Assembly: GCA_963753435.1 (NCBI GenBank)
Contig: CAVWCF010000002.1
Span: 1 to 64,000, forward strand
Reading direction: 5' to 3'
Length of the DNA: 64,000 nucleotides
Origin: an uncultured Actinomycetota bacterium
Lineage (GTDB): Bacteria > Actinomycetota > Actinomycetes > CAVWCF01
Positions 38,397-52,179 of the stretch are shown piece by piece; position 1 is the stretch's first letter; each line of letters starts with the position of its first letter. The translations under genes and the position numbers were made by a program. The notes under the pieces are model-generated. The model was not told where the DNA came from and searched no databases. It worked only from the letters and a program-made list of their open reading frames with translations.

Positions 38397-40770
38397 ATGA
38401 CGGCCACGCCCATCACCGCAGCGCGAGTCAACGCGACGACACTGGACGAAATCGCCCAGCGTGTGCTTTGGCTGTCGGTGCGCATGGTCGATGCCGCCAA
38501 CTCCGAACGGCAGACCGGCGACGGGGTCAAGGTCGGCGGGCACCAGGCCTCCAGCGCGTCGCTGGTCTCGGTGATGACCGCGCTGTACTTCCAGCACCTC
38601 GATGCCGCCGACCGCGTCAGCGTCAAGCCGCACGCCTCGCCCGTTTTCCATTCAATTCAGTACCTGCTGGGCAACCTGGACCGTTCGTATCTGACGATGT
38701 TGCGCGCTCGCGGCGGCCTGCAGTCCTACCCGTCGCGTACCAAGGACCCCGACGAGGTCGACTTCTCCACGGGATCCGTTGGGCTGGGGGCCGCCGCGCC
38801 GCTGTTCGCGGCGGCGACGCGTCGCTACGTCGACGACCACTTCGGTCCGCGCGATCGTTCGCGCTTTGTCGCCCTCTTGGGTGATGCGGAGTTGGACGAG
38901 GGCAACGTGTGGGAGGCCATCGCCGACCCGGCCACCACCGGCCTCGGTGACGTCATGTGGGTGGTCGACTTCAACCGACAGTCGCTGGACCGCGTGGTTC
39001 CCGGAGTTCGGATCCAGCAGTGGCACGCGCAGTTCGCGGCCGCGGGCTGGCACGTCGTCGAGGTCAAGTACGGCCATCGCCTCCAGGCCAAGTACGCCGA
39101 ACCCGGCGGTCATGTTCTTCGTGACTGGATCGACGCGATGCCCAACGAGCAGTACCAGTCGCTGTTCGGGCTACCGGCGGACCAGGTGCGTGACCGGTTC
39201 CTGGACGGGGCACCGAGCCAGGTCGGTGAGTTTGTTGCCGCCATGGGCGACGAAGAACTCCGCACCCTGGTGACCGACCTGGGCGGGCACGACATGCAGG
39301 CACTGTTGGAGGCGTTCGCCGAGTGCGACCGTGTCACGGACCGGCCCAGCGTCGTGTTCGCCTACACGGTCAAGGGCTGGGGCCTGCCGATCGCGGGCAA
39401 CCCGCGCAACCACTCCGCGCTGCTGAGCCCCGACCAGATCACCGATCTGCGCGCTCGCATGGGTCTGACCACCGCGACCGAGTGGGATCGTTTCGACGCG
39501 GCTTCGGCGGCCGGGATCGTCTGCAACGCACGCCGCGACCACCTGCGCCGTGGTCCGCGCGCGCCGGGCCTGGCGGTGTCCGTGCCGGACCGGACCGGGC
39601 TGAGCACCAGCCGGCCGCTGTCCACACAGGAGGCGTTCGGTCGGGTGTTGGTGGACCTGTCCCGCGACGAGTCGGTCCGCCCGTACCTGGTGACGACGGC
39701 GCCGGACGTGGCCACGTCGACGAACCTGGCCGGTTTCATCAACCGCACGGGCGTGTACGCCCCGGCGGAACGACGAGCGTGGAACGAGGACCCGGTCCTG
39801 AAGTGGGCCGAGGGGCCGTCCGGTCAGCACATCGAACTGGGCATCAGCGAGATGAACCTGTTCCTGTTGCTCGGGCAGCTGGGGCTGTCGTGGGATCTCT
39901 CCGGTCAGCACCTGCTGCCGATCGGCACCGTCTACGACCCGTTCGTCTGCCGCGGGCTGGACGCGCTGATCTATTCCGTGTATTCCGGCGCTAGGTTCCT
40001 GATCGCCGGGTACCCCGTCGGGTGTGACGCTGGCCCCGGAGGGTGGGGCGCACCAGTCCACGATCACCGCCTCCATCGGTTTGGAGTTGCCCGGCGTCAC
40101 CTCGATCGAACCCGCCTACGCGGGTGCCCTGGACTGGCTGCTGTGCGACGCCGTCGCGCGGATGGCGGCTCGCCCGCCGCTGGCGGATCGCGCCGGGCAC
40201 GAGGAGTCCGGCGCCTACTACTTCCGACTCACCACCAGGCCGCTTGACCAGGCGCCGTTCGAGGCGGCTCGCGAGAGGCTGGGGGATGCGCTGTTGCGGC
40301 GCCACGTGCTGGCCGGCGCCTACCGGTTGGTGGATGCGTCCAACCAGGCCGCAGCCGGCGCGCCGCAGGTCCACCTCGTTGCCTCCGGGGCGGTGCTGCC
40401 GGAGACCTTGGCGGCGGCCGCGGAGTTGGCGGACGAAGGCATCGCCGCCCACGTGGTCGACGTGACCAGCGCCGACCGTCTCTACACGGATTGGCAACGC
40501 AGCTTGCGCCAAGGGGTGCGCACCGCAACCACTCCGGCCGTGCCTGGGGCGCTGCGCGCGGCGTTCGGCGACCGGGCACCGATCGTCACCGTCCACGACG
40601 CAGCCAGTCACGCGATGGCGTGGATGGGCACGGCCCTCGGCGTTCCCCAGGTGCCACTCGGAGTCGATTCCTTCGGCCAGTCGGGGTCGGTGTCGGAGTT
40701 GTACGAACTGCACGACTTGACGCCGGGATCAATCGTCAACGCGGCGCTGGCCGCCCTGGCGCTGGCCTGA
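38397..40770 (+). pseudogene. pyruvate dehydrogenase E1 (AceE)-like / transketolase-family ThDP enzyme, frameshifted at ~40008-40010
   Basis: KVGGHQASS, GDAELDEG..N ThDP motif, ELGISEMN; extra G in GCCGGGTACC breaks AGTPSGVTLAPEGGAHQS; may be a sequencing error. Confidence 0.8.
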
Positions 40771-40772
40771 GC

Positions 40773-41492
40773 ATGACGCGGGAGACCGCCCAGACCCTGG
40801 ACCGCGGCCTGCGGGTGCTGGAGTGGGTCTCGCAGTCGCGTTCGGGTCTGTCGGTGACCGAGTTGGCGCAGCGGCTGCAGGTCGGCCGAACTGTCGTCTA
40901 TCGCTTGGTCGCCACCTTGGAGGAGCACGGTCTGGTCCAGCGGGACTCCTCCGGCCGGGTCCGTATCGGCGCGGGGTCTTTGCGGTTGGCCGCGCGGGTA
41001 CGGCCGGTCCTCGCGGAAGCGTCGCTGCCGGTCCTGCGAACGCTTGCGGAAGAAGTCGGCGCGACCGCGCACCTAACCGTTGCCGAAGGGGAGGACTGCG
41101 TCGCGCTGGCGGTCGTCGAACCGAGTTGGACTGACTTCCATGTCGCCTACCGCGTCGGCACCCGTCACCCGATCGGTCGTGGGGCGGCTGGGCGTGCATT
41201 GGCGTCGCTGCGGGACAAGCAACCCGAACTGCAGGCGTCGGAAGGCGAGCTGCAGCCAGGTGCTCACGGGGTGGCCGCACCGATCGTCGGCATCCCCGGC
41301 TTCGAGGCGAGCGTCGGAGTGGTGGCGATGCAGCAACTGCCGCCCACCACCGCAGCACAGGTCATGCAGGCCGCCCATTCACTGCGGCTGGTACTTGCCG
41401 CGGAGCCCCGCGTGGACGAGCCGCCTACACCCCGGCGGCCGCCTCGACCAGGGGCAGGGTCCGGTAGCGAATCGGATGCGCCAGAGCGATAA
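40773..41492 (+). CDS. IclR family regulator
   Basis: QTLDRGLRVL, VVYRLVATLEEHGLV HTH, GAAGRA. Confidence 0.88.
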   Translation: MTRETAQTLDRGLRVLEWVSQSRSGLSVTELAQRLQVGRTVVYRLVATLEEHGLVQRDSSGRVRIGAGSLRLAARVRPVLAEASLPVLRTLAEEVGATAHLTVAEGEDCVALAVVEPSWTDFHVAYRVGTRHPIGRGAAGRALASLRDKQPELQASEGELQPGAHGVAAPIVGIPGFEASVGVVAMQQLPPTTAAQVMQAAHSLRLVLAAEPRVDEPPTPRRPPRPGAGSGSESDAPER

Positions 41493-41901
41493 GGGTCGCG
41501 GTCCGCTCCACTCCCGGAACGTTGACGATCGCGTCAATCACTCGTTGTAGATCGGCGTTGTCCCTGGCCACCATCCGGACCAGCAGGTCGCCGGGACCGG
41601 TGATTGTGTGCACCTCGAGGACCTCCGGGATCTCCGCGAGCGCGTCCTCGATCCCTCGGTGACCGGCGACCTGACGTATCTCCAAGGTCGCGAATGCGGT
41701 GACCGGGAAGCCGAGCGCCTCCGGGTCGACGTCCGGGCCGTACCCGGTGATCACCCCGGAGGTCATCAGCCGGTCCAGGCGGGCCTGCACCGTGCCGCGG
41801 GCAACCCGGAGGCGACGCGAGGCCTCCAGCACGCCGACCCGCGGGTCGTCGTGGAACAGTCTGATCAGCCGAGCATCCAGATCATCCAGTTTGCGAGCCA
41901 T
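41425..41901 (-). CDS. Lrp/AsnC regulator divergent from hppD
   Basis: LDDLDARLI, ARGTVQARL, EVHTITG.GD. Confidence 0.9.
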   Translation of the reverse strand: MARKLDDLDARLIRLFHDDPRVGVLEASRRLRVARGTVQARLDRLMTSGVITGYGPDVDPEALGFPVTAFATLEIRQVAGHRGIEDALAEIPEVLEVHTITGPGDLLVRMVARDNADLQRVIDAIVNVPGVERTATLIALAHPIRYRTLPLVEAAAGV

Positions 41902-41960
41902 GTGGCGAGCCCCTAGCCGTCGGTAGTGCAGGTTGGTGGTCCGATTGCTGGACATTATGA

Positions 41961-43618
<1,658 letters not shown>

Positions 43619-43655
43619 ACGGGGATCGTTGCGCCGGCCCGGGTTCCGGTCAAGC

Positions 43656-43692
43656 CGACCGCCCCGCAACCGATGAGGTCGCGGGGCGGTCG
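43656..43692 (-). terminator. terminator-like hairpin
   Basis: 12-bp stem CGACCGCCCCGC/GCGGGGCGGTCG just downstream of the 43729 stop. Confidence 0.6.
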
Positions 43693-43728
43693 TGGGTAGA
43701 ACTGGTTGGTCGTTGGATCAAGTGGTCC

Positions 43729-44346
43729 TTATGGCGACTGACTCAATGCCAGAGCGCACCAGTCTTCATCCAGGATCGGACTGAATTGGGCCCACTTGAT
43801 TTCCTCTGCGTAGTCGACCGGCACCCCGCCAGGCTGGTAATCGCCGAGCGTGTCGAACACCAGCGCGCCGTCAAGCTGTGCAACCCCCCGGTACCTGCTT
43901 CCGTCCGCGAGCGTGAGCGTGACCTGGAAATTGTCGCGCGCCTTGAACTCGTAGACCGGCCCCACGATCGGATCACCATCGATGTTGGTGCTACCGGGTG
44001 GTAGGTCGACCAGGGTTGCGCTCGTCTCCCGGAAGCTTCCGGAGAACTTCACCGTCATCAGGTGGTTGTCACTGTTGTCAGTCCAGGTCTCAGTGATGCG
44101 ATACGTGTCCATCGCGAGGAAGGCCTGACCATCACTTCCGCGCACGTTCTTTGCGGCGCCGACGCCATTTCCTTCTGCGTTGATTTGGACCTGGTCGTCA
44201 CACTCCGGGAAAGAGAACTCGAACGAGTATCGCTGCGGCTTGTCAAAGAAGGCGCCGGCCGCGCTTGCGGGTGCGGCGTTGATGCTGATGAACGCAAGAC
44301 TGCAAAGGCTGATCACTATCAGGCGTGTTTTGTGCTTGCGATGCAT
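43729..44346 (-). CDS. secreted hypothetical protein
   Basis: Signal peptide ending ASAA; beta-rich; two mature Cys; visibly more AT-rich codons than neighbours. Confidence 0.7.
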   Translation of the reverse strand: MHRKHKTRLIVISLCSLAFISINAAPASAAGAFFDKPQRYSFEFSFPECDDQVQINAEGNGVGAAKNVRGSDGQAFLAMDTYRITETWTDNSDNHLMTVKFSGSFRETSATLVDLPPGSTNIDGDPIVGPVYEFKARDNFQVTLTLADGSRYRGVAQLDGALVFDTLGDYQPGGVPVDYAEEIKWAQFSPILDEDWCALALSQSP

Positions 44347-44591
44347 GCGTAACCCCCAATGGGTTCAAGGCGCGCAGCGCACGCGCTCACGCGCCACCGA
44401 AGGCAAGCCGCCTATTCGCTTCGCACGCGGTGATCGTCCACACGAGTATTAGCGCCCAAGAGTCTGGTGGTCAGCTTTGGCGCGCGTTGCCTGCTGGGAC
44501 TGTCGCAGAGTTTCGTGGTGATGGTTCCCCGAATTGCGGAACTCTTCGTAGGCTTGTGACGAGGTTCAACCCGTGGGGCAGGAGTTGCCGT

Positions 44592-45798
44592 TCAGGGCGC
44601 TTGTCGGGCGCTCTCGATGCGTCCGGCCACCTCAGCCAACGTCAGGGCCCACCGTTCGGCCGCAGCCGCGCGGCCGCTGATTCGCACCTCATCGCCGTCT
44701 TCGAGGAAGCCCAGGAGCCGCCCGTCGCCCAGCGGCACGGGTTCGGTGCCACCGGCGGTCAGTTCAAGCAAGCTGCCCACTTGGCTGCGTTCCGGCCCGC
44801 TGACGGTTCCGGACGCGTACAGGTCGCCGGTGCGCAGCGAGGCTCCGTTGGAGGTCATGTGGGCCAGTTGCTGCCCGGGGGAGTAGTAGGTCGAGGCGAA
44901 CGGTGGTCGGGACACCACCGTGCCGTTTACCGCCAGTTCCAGATCCAGTGCCAGCGTCCACGGGTCCGGATCGTGCAGGTACGGCAGTAAGCGGTTCCTG
45001 CTTCGGTCCCGGGGTTCGCGCCGATTCAAGGGCGGCCAAAGGGGTTATCCAACACCCGACGCTGGTGGCGAAGGACTTGCCGAGGAAGGGGCCGAGCGGC
45101 TGGTACTCCCACGCTTGCAGATCGCGGGCGGACCAGTCGTTGACGAGCACGACGCCGTAGACGTGCCGGGTGAATGCCTCCGCCGTTACCGGTCGACCCC
45201 AGGGGCTAGGGACCCCGACGACGAAGCCGACCTCTACCTCGACGTCGAGACGCTCACTTGGGCCGAACCCCGGACCCGCCGATCCCGAGGGGCGGGTTTG
45301 TCCGTTGGGCCGCCCGATCGGTGTCCCCGAGGCAACGACCGTGCCGGAGCGGCCGTGGTAGCCGATCGGCAGGTGCTTCCAGTTCGGAGGCAGGGCGGGG
45401 GAGTCGGGACGGAACAGTCGGCCCACGTTCATCGCATGGTGTTCGGAGGAGTAGAAGTCCACGTAGTCGGCCACCTCGAACGGAAGCAGCACCTTGACGT
45501 CGCGCATCGGCGTGGTCAGCGTGATCGCATCCGCGTCGGACGCCAGCAGTTCCTGAACGCTGTGGCGGAGGTCGGACCACACCTGCGGCCCCGCCGCCAA
45601 CAGTGGGGATGTGGTGTCGGCCTGAAGCAACTCCGCGGGCACCGCCGCAAGCCGGTCCGCGGCCGCAGCCAGGGGCAGCACTCGATCTCCGACGCGTACC
45701 GCCGGCTGGGTGCGTCCGGCCGCCTCCACTCGACCCAGTGGCAGATGGTCGAGGCCGAAACCCGATTCCGACGCGGTCTGCATCCAGGTGGTGTTCAC
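44592..45798 (-). pseudogene. fahA: fumarylacetoacetase, frameshifted near 44991
   Basis: DYVDFYSSEHHA, PIGYHGR, NDWSARDLQAWEYQPLGPF in one frame; LLPYL..GDLYASGTVSG in another; may be a sequencing error. Confidence 0.88.
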
Positions 45799-45799
45799 G

Positions 45800-46642
45800 T
45801 CAGCCCTCCGGGCTGAGTAGGCCGGCCGTGACCAGGTGATCGATCGGGTCGGTGACGCCGCAGCAGCCGAACGAAGTGAACAGCGCGCGGACTTGGGCGG
45901 CGGGTGCTGCGGACAGCAGCGGAACCACCTCGTCGAGATTGCGCCGGGCCAGTACGTCGGCCAGGTCGGCGGCTCCGGCACCGGCCAGGGCCGCTGCCAC
46001 CGCTGCCAGGACGTTCAAGAACCCGTGCTGTTCCAGTCCCGCTTCGGTTCTGACGCGGATCGGGTGGTGCAGCCCGGCGGTGAGTTTGAAGGGCAGCCGG
46101 CGCGCAACTGCGGCATGCAGAAACGCGGCCAGTTCCGCCTCGCTGGGATGCGCGTCCGGCGTCTCGCCGCCAGCGCGGAACTTGGCACGCTCCACGCCAT
46201 CAGCTGCCAGCACGTCCAACGCCGGGATGAATCCGGTTCGGGGCACCTCGATCGCCGCCGGCACGCTGAAGGCCAACTGGTCCAGTAGCACGCGGGTGGC
46301 TTGTTCGGGGTCCTCGCCGGGCGGCAGGGCGACCTCGATACCCACCAGGCCGAGCTGGTCCTCGCGGTCCAGCAGTCGGTTGCGTGCCTCGGCCAGCTCG
46401 ACGAGCCCGCCGTCGGCGACGAGCGCGACGGCCACACCCGCCTGACTGTCAGCAACGGCCAACGCCTCCTCGACAGTGGAGGCACGCAGCAGCAGCGGTC
46501 CGATGAGGTCGCCGTACCAGGAATCCCGGTGCAGCCGGTGCTCGGCCAGTGCGGTCGCCACGGCCGCGTTGCCAGGCGGGAAGACCGCCGCATCGTCGAA
46601 CAGGCCGGTGACCAAGGCGCGAATGCCCGGGTCGGTTGACAC
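45800..46642 (-). CDS. conserved hypothetical protein coupled to fahA
   Basis: DDAAVFPPG, KFRAGG, FKLTAGLHH, HGFLN, SFGCC; stop 1 nt before fahA start. Confidence 0.8.
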   Translation of the reverse strand: MSTDPGIRALVTGLFDDAAVFPPGNAAVATALAEHRLHRDSWYGDLIGPLLLRASTVEEALAVADSQAGVAVALVADGGLVELAEARNRLLDREDQLGLVGIEVALPPGEDPEQATRVLLDQLAFSVPAAIEVPRTGFIPALDVLAADGVERAKFRAGGETPDAHPSEAELAAFLHAAVARRLPFKLTAGLHHPIRVRTEAGLEQHGFLNVLAAVAAALAGAGAADLADVLARRNLDEVVPLLSAAPAAQVRALFTSFGCCGVTDPIDHLVTAGLLSPEG

Positions 46643-46702
46643 GAGACCGACGCTATCCGACAGTGGTCCCGACCGGACCTGGCACCCGAATAACGGACGG
46701 AC

Positions 46703-47884
46703 ATGGCTCACTATCGGCAAGTCGGCGAGATACCCGCCAAGCGGCACACCCAGTTCCGCGACCCGGCGGGGGCGCTGTACGCGGAGGAGTTGATGGGCGA
46801 GGAGGGCTTCTCCTCCGACTCCGCGCTGCTGTACCACCGGCACAACCCGTCGGCGGTTACGGAATCCCGGGTGTGGCAATTGCCGGACCAGACCCTGACG
46901 GCCAACCATCCGCTGCTGCCGCGGCACCACCGGCTGCATGATCTCTTCGATGTGGCCCAGGCCGAGAGTCTGGACGCCGTGACTGCCCGGCGCCTAGTCC
47001 TGGGAAACGCCGACGTGCGCTTGTCCTACGTCGTGGCGGGGGAGCCCTCGCCGCTGTACCGCAACGCCACCGGCGACGAATGCGTATTCGTCGAGAGCGG
47101 CGCGGGCCGAGTCGAAACCGTCTTCGGCTCCTTGCCTTATCGAGCGGGCGACTACGTGCTCATCCCGCGGGCGACAGTTCATCGATGGGTGCCCGACGGT
47201 CTGCTGCGCGCGTACGCGATCGAGGCCAACAGCCACATAGTCCCGCCGCGGCGGTACCTGAGCCGCTTCGGACAGTTCCTGGAAGCCAGTCCCTACTGCG
47301 AGCGCGATCTACACGGCCCGGCCGAGCCGCTATTGCTCGACACGGGGGAAGCGGAGATCTACACAAAGCACCGTGGCCCCGGACCGGGTGGCCTTGTCGG
47401 CTCGATCGTCACGGTGCCACGACATCCCTTCGACGTGGTGGGGTGGGATGGCTGCCTGTACCCGTACACATTCAACGTGGCCGACTTTGAACCGCTGACC
47501 GGGCGCATCCATCAACCACCCCCGGTGCACCAGGTATTCGAGGGCAACAACTTCGTCGTGTGCAACTTCGTCCCGCGCAAGGTGGACTACCACCCGCTCG
47601 CCATCCCGGTGCCGTACTTCCACTCCAACGTCGACTCCGATGAGGTCATGTTCTACGTGGCGGGCGACTACGAAGCGCGAAAGGGTTCGGGCATAGGGCA
47701 CGGCTCGATCACGCTGCACCCGGGCGGGCACACGCACGGGCCGCAGCCAGGCGCCGTGGAGCGTTCGATCGGAGCGGAGTACTTCGACGAGTTGGCGGTG
47801 ATGGTGGACACCTTCAGGCCACTGGAACTCGGTGAAGGGGGCCTCGCCAGCGACGACGGCGTGTACGCGCGTAGCTGGAGTTGA
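46703..47884 (+). CDS. hmgA: homogentisate 1,2-dioxygenase
   Basis: GEEGFS, PFDVVGWDG, PYFHSNVDSDEV, HPGGHTHGP. Confidence 0.93.
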   Translation: MAHYRQVGEIPAKRHTQFRDPAGALYAEELMGEEGFSSDSALLYHRHNPSAVTESRVWQLPDQTLTANHPLLPRHHRLHDLFDVAQAESLDAVTARRLVLGNADVRLSYVVAGEPSPLYRNATGDECVFVESGAGRVETVFGSLPYRAGDYVLIPRATVHRWVPDGLLRAYAIEANSHIVPPRRYLSRFGQFLEASPYCERDLHGPAEPLLLDTGEAEIYTKHRGPGPGGLVGSIVTVPRHPFDVVGWDGCLYPYTFNVADFEPLTGRIHQPPPVHQVFEGNNFVVCNFVPRKVDYHPLAIPVPYFHSNVDSDEVMFYVAGDYEARKGSGIGHGSITLHPGGHTHGPQPGAVERSIGAEYFDELAVMVDTFRPLELGEGGLASDDGVYARSWS

Positions 47885-47888
47885 GCTG

Positions 47889-49628
47889 TCAGGTCGCCGG
47901 CTGCAGTGACTCCGGGTACAGGTCGAACCACCGCAGGTGCTCGAAGTCCGGGCTGAGCCCGTCGATGGGTGCGTCATCAGCATGCGGCGCAGGCCGGGAG
48001 TTGACGCGTTCGTGCAGCAATGCGTGCGCGGTATCCAGGTAGTCGGCCAGCGCCGACTCCGGGGCTGAGACCCGGGTGTGCGGATACGTGAGAATCCCGT
48101 TCTCGTCGTAGCGCAGCATGCTCAAGCGCAGCGGCGGCTCAACGGGACCGCGGCGATGCCGCCACAGGCCCGTCTCGGTGTCGAAGCAGTAGTCGTCCAT
48201 CAGCGCCCAGCCGTGATCGGCCACCACGGCCACCGCCTTGACGATGTACTCGAACACCGCTTCGGACAGGAAGTAGTTGAAGTTGACGCGTACCCATCCG
48301 GGCTTGATGCCTTCGCAGCCGGTGGCGATTTCGCGCTCGAACTCGTGACTGCGTTCGATGTCGATCCCGAGCAGTCGGTGCCCGTAGGGACCGGCGCATG
48401 AGCAGCCGCCCCGAGATTGGATCCCGAACAGGTCGTTGAGCAAGGCGACCACGAGGTTGTGATGCAGGTATCGACCCGACGGGCTGCGAACGACGAACGA
48501 GACAATGGACAACCGTTCGGCTTCGGTGTTGCCGAGGACCTCTATGTGCGGGTGCTCACTCCACGCCGCGATCGCGCGCCTGAGGAAGTCCTCCTCGTGG
48601 GCCCTGATCACCTCGGTGCCAACCGCCTGCTTCAACCCGAAGATCAGCCCGGCGCGGATGGATTCGACGATGGCCGGCGTACCGGCCTCCTCCCGGGCCT
48701 CGACGTCAGCCAGGTAGAGGTGGTCGTCGGGATTCACGTATGCGACCGTGCCGCCGCCGACCACGGCCGGCACCCGGTTGTGCAGCATGGATTTGCGCAC
48801 GATCAGCACTCCGGGGGTCCCGGGCCCACCGATGAACTTGTGCGGGCTCAGGACGATGGCGTCCTTGCCGGCCGCGGCGCGTCCGTCCCGGGAGTTGAAC
48901 TCGATGTCGACGTACGGGGCGGCGGCGGCGAAGTCCCAGAAGGCCAGCGCGCCGTGTTCGTGCAGCAACTCGGTGATGCCGTGGGTGTCGGTGACGATGC
49001 CGGTCACATTGCTTGCCGCCGAGAACGAACCAATGAGCAGGGGGCGGTCCGCATGCCGAATCAGTTCGGATCGCAGGTGGTCGCAGTCGATATGCCCGTC
49101 GGCGTCCTCGTGGATGGTCACCACGTCCGCGATCGACTCCCGCCACGGCAACTCGTTGCTGTGGTGTTCATAGGGGCCGATGAAGACCACCGGCCTCTCC
49201 CCGGGAGGAATCTGCTCAAGCAGGTGGTACCGGCTGTCCAAGTCGGCGGGGATCCGTAGGTTCAAGATGGCGATCAGTCGATCGATGGCGCCTGTGGTCC
49301 CGGAGCCGCAGAAGATCACGGCGGTGTCCTCGTCGCCGTTCACGGCGTCGTGAATCAGGCTGCGGGCGTCCTCGCGCAACCTCGTGGTCTGTAGCCCGGT
49401 CCCGGAGGACTCGGTGTGCGTGTTGGCGTACCGCGGCAACACCTCGTCGCGGATGAAGTCCTCGATGAACGTCAGTGCGCGACCGGACGCCGTGTAGTCG
49501 GCGTAGGTGATGCGGCGGGGCCCATAGGGCCCATCCATCACCTGATCATCGCCGATCACCGACTCGCGAACCCGGGCCAACAGCGGACTCGGCGGCAGCG
49601 TCGGGTCCGGCGGCGGGATCGACGTCAC
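47889..49628 (-). CDS. class V PLP-dependent enzyme (cysteine desulfurase-like)
   Basis: YADYTASGR, EHHSN, SPHKF (PLP Lys), RGGCSCA. Confidence 0.88.
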   Translation of the reverse strand: MTSIPPPDPTLPPSPLLARVRESVIGDDQVMDGPYGPRRITYADYTASGRALTFIEDFIRDEVLPRYANTHTESSGTGLQTTRLREDARSLIHDAVNGDEDTAVIFCGSGTTGAIDRLIAILNLRIPADLDSRYHLLEQIPPGERPVVFIGPYEHHSNELPWRESIADVVTIHEDADGHIDCDHLRSELIRHADRPLLIGSFSAASNVTGIVTDTHGITELLHEHGALAFWDFAAAAPYVDIEFNSRDGRAAAGKDAIVLSPHKFIGGPGTPGVLIVRKSMLHNRVPAVVGGGTVAYVNPDDHLYLADVEAREEAGTPAIVESIRAGLIFGLKQAVGTEVIRAHEEDFLRRAIAAWSEHPHIEVLGNTEAERLSIVSFVVRSPSGRYLHHNLVVALLNDLFGIQSRGGCSCAGPYGHRLLGIDIERSHEFEREIATGCEGIKPGWVRVNFNYFLSEAVFEYIVKAVAVVADHGWALMDDYCFDTETGLWRHRRGPVEPPLRLSMLRYDENGILTYPHTRVSAPESALADYLDTAHALLHERVNSRPAPHADDAPIDGLSPDFEHLRWFDLYPESLQPAT

Positions 49629-49683
49629 CGCTTCAGCGTACGCGCGGGCCCGATGGGCTAGGGGGCCGTGACACGATGAGCCT

Positions 49684-49974
49684 GTGACGACAGCGCCGGT
49701 CGAGTTGGAGCGCCCCGAGGAGGATCTGCTCACCCAGCGACCGTGGCGGACGATCGTCTGGGACGACCCCATCAACCTAATGAGTTACGTCACCTGGGTC
49801 TTCCAGCGCCACTTCGGGTATCCGCGAGAGAAGGCCCACCGCCTCATGCTGGACGTGCACGAGCTCGGCAAGGCCGTGGTCAGCACCGGGTCGCGCGAAG
49901 ACATGGAACGGGACGTTTCCGCCATGCACGGGTACGGCCTGTGGGCCACGCTGAGCCAGGACAGTGACGGCTGA
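49684..49974 (+). CDS. clpS: Clp protease adaptor ClpS
   Basis: [25 protein letters not shown]. Confidence 0.93.
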   Translation: MTTAPVELERPEEDLLTQRPWRTIVWDDPINLMSYVTWVFQRHFGYPREKAHRLMLDVHELGKAVVSTGSREDMERDVSAMHGYGLWATLSQDSDG

Positions 49975-50456
49975 TGGGATTCGCGCCCGGTGGTCCGGAT
50001 TCGGTGCTGTTGCACCTGACCGAGGACGAGCAGCAGATCCTCACCAGCCTGCTGTACTCGGTGCTGGAAACGCTGGCCGAACCGGAGGACCCCGACGGTG
50101 CTGCCCTGCGACAGCGGTGGTTCCCGGAGGCCTATCCCGATGACGCTGAGGCCGCCGAGCGGTTCCGGGCAAAGGCCGAAGCCGACCTGATGCAGGGCAA
50201 ACGCGCGCACGCCGCCGCGTGCCTGGCCACGTTGGACGCCGCAGCCGATGACGGCACCCGGGTCCTGGGCCTCGACGATGCGACCGCGTGGGCGCTGGCG
50301 CTGAACGACATCCGCCTGGCTTTAGGTACTCGGTTGGGGGTCGGCGCCGACGACGATCCGCAGTCTCCGCCTGCCGATGACGAGCGCGCCCCGGCTCTGG
50401 ACCTGTATGACTGGCTGACCTGGATGCAGGAGACCCTGGTCAGATCGTTGCCCTGA
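49974..50456 (+). CDS. DUF2017 family protein
   Basis: FPEAYPDD, W..ALNDIRLALGTRL, YDWLTWMQETLV. Confidence 0.88.
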   Translation: MGFAPGGPDSVLLHLTEDEQQILTSLLYSVLETLAEPEDPDGAALRQRWFPEAYPDDAEAAERFRAKAEADLMQGKRAHAAACLATLDAAADDGTRVLGLDDATAWALALNDIRLALGTRLGVGADDDPQSPPADDERAPALDLYDWLTWMQETLVRSLP

Positions 50457-50475
50457 GCCGCCGTAGCCTTGCGCG

Positions 50476-50913
50476 GTGCTTGTGATCGACGAGGCAACGC
50501 GGGACGCCATCGTGGCGCATGCCCGTCGAGACCACCCTGACGAGGCTTGCGGCGTGGTCGCCGGCAGTATCGGAAGTGACCGGCCCACCCGGTTCATCCC
50601 CATGGTTAACGCGGCCCGCTCGCCGACCTTCTACGAGTTCGACTCCGCCGACTTGCTGGCGCTCTACCGGGACATGGACGCCCGCGACGAAGAGCCCGTG
50701 GTGATCTATCACTCGCACACCGCCACCGAGGCGTACCCGTCCCGGACTGACATCTCCTACGCCAGCGAACCGAACGCGCACTACGTGGTCGTCTCCACCG
50801 CCGAATGCGGCAACGATGAGGGTCCTTACGAGTTCCGCTCGTTCCGCATCGTGGACGGAGCGGTTGCCGAGGAAGAAGTGCGGGTCGTTTCCGCGTTGGA
50901 CCAAGCACAGTGA
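50476..50913 (+). CDS. mec: Mec+ / CysO-cysteine peptidase (JAMM)
   Basis: PDEACG, YHSHT..AYPSRTD JAMM motif. Confidence 0.9.
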   Translation: MLVIDEATRDAIVAHARRDHPDEACGVVAGSIGSDRPTRFIPMVNAARSPTFYEFDSADLLALYRDMDARDEEPVVIYHSHTATEAYPSRTDISYASEPNAHYVVVSTAECGNDEGPYEFRSFRIVDGAVAEEEVRVVSALDQAQ

Positions 50914-50929
50914 ACTCAGAAGGGCCCCG

Positions 50930-52152
<1,223 letters not shown>

Positions 52153-52179
52153 GGCCGCTCGACAGCGAGCTGAGCGACC

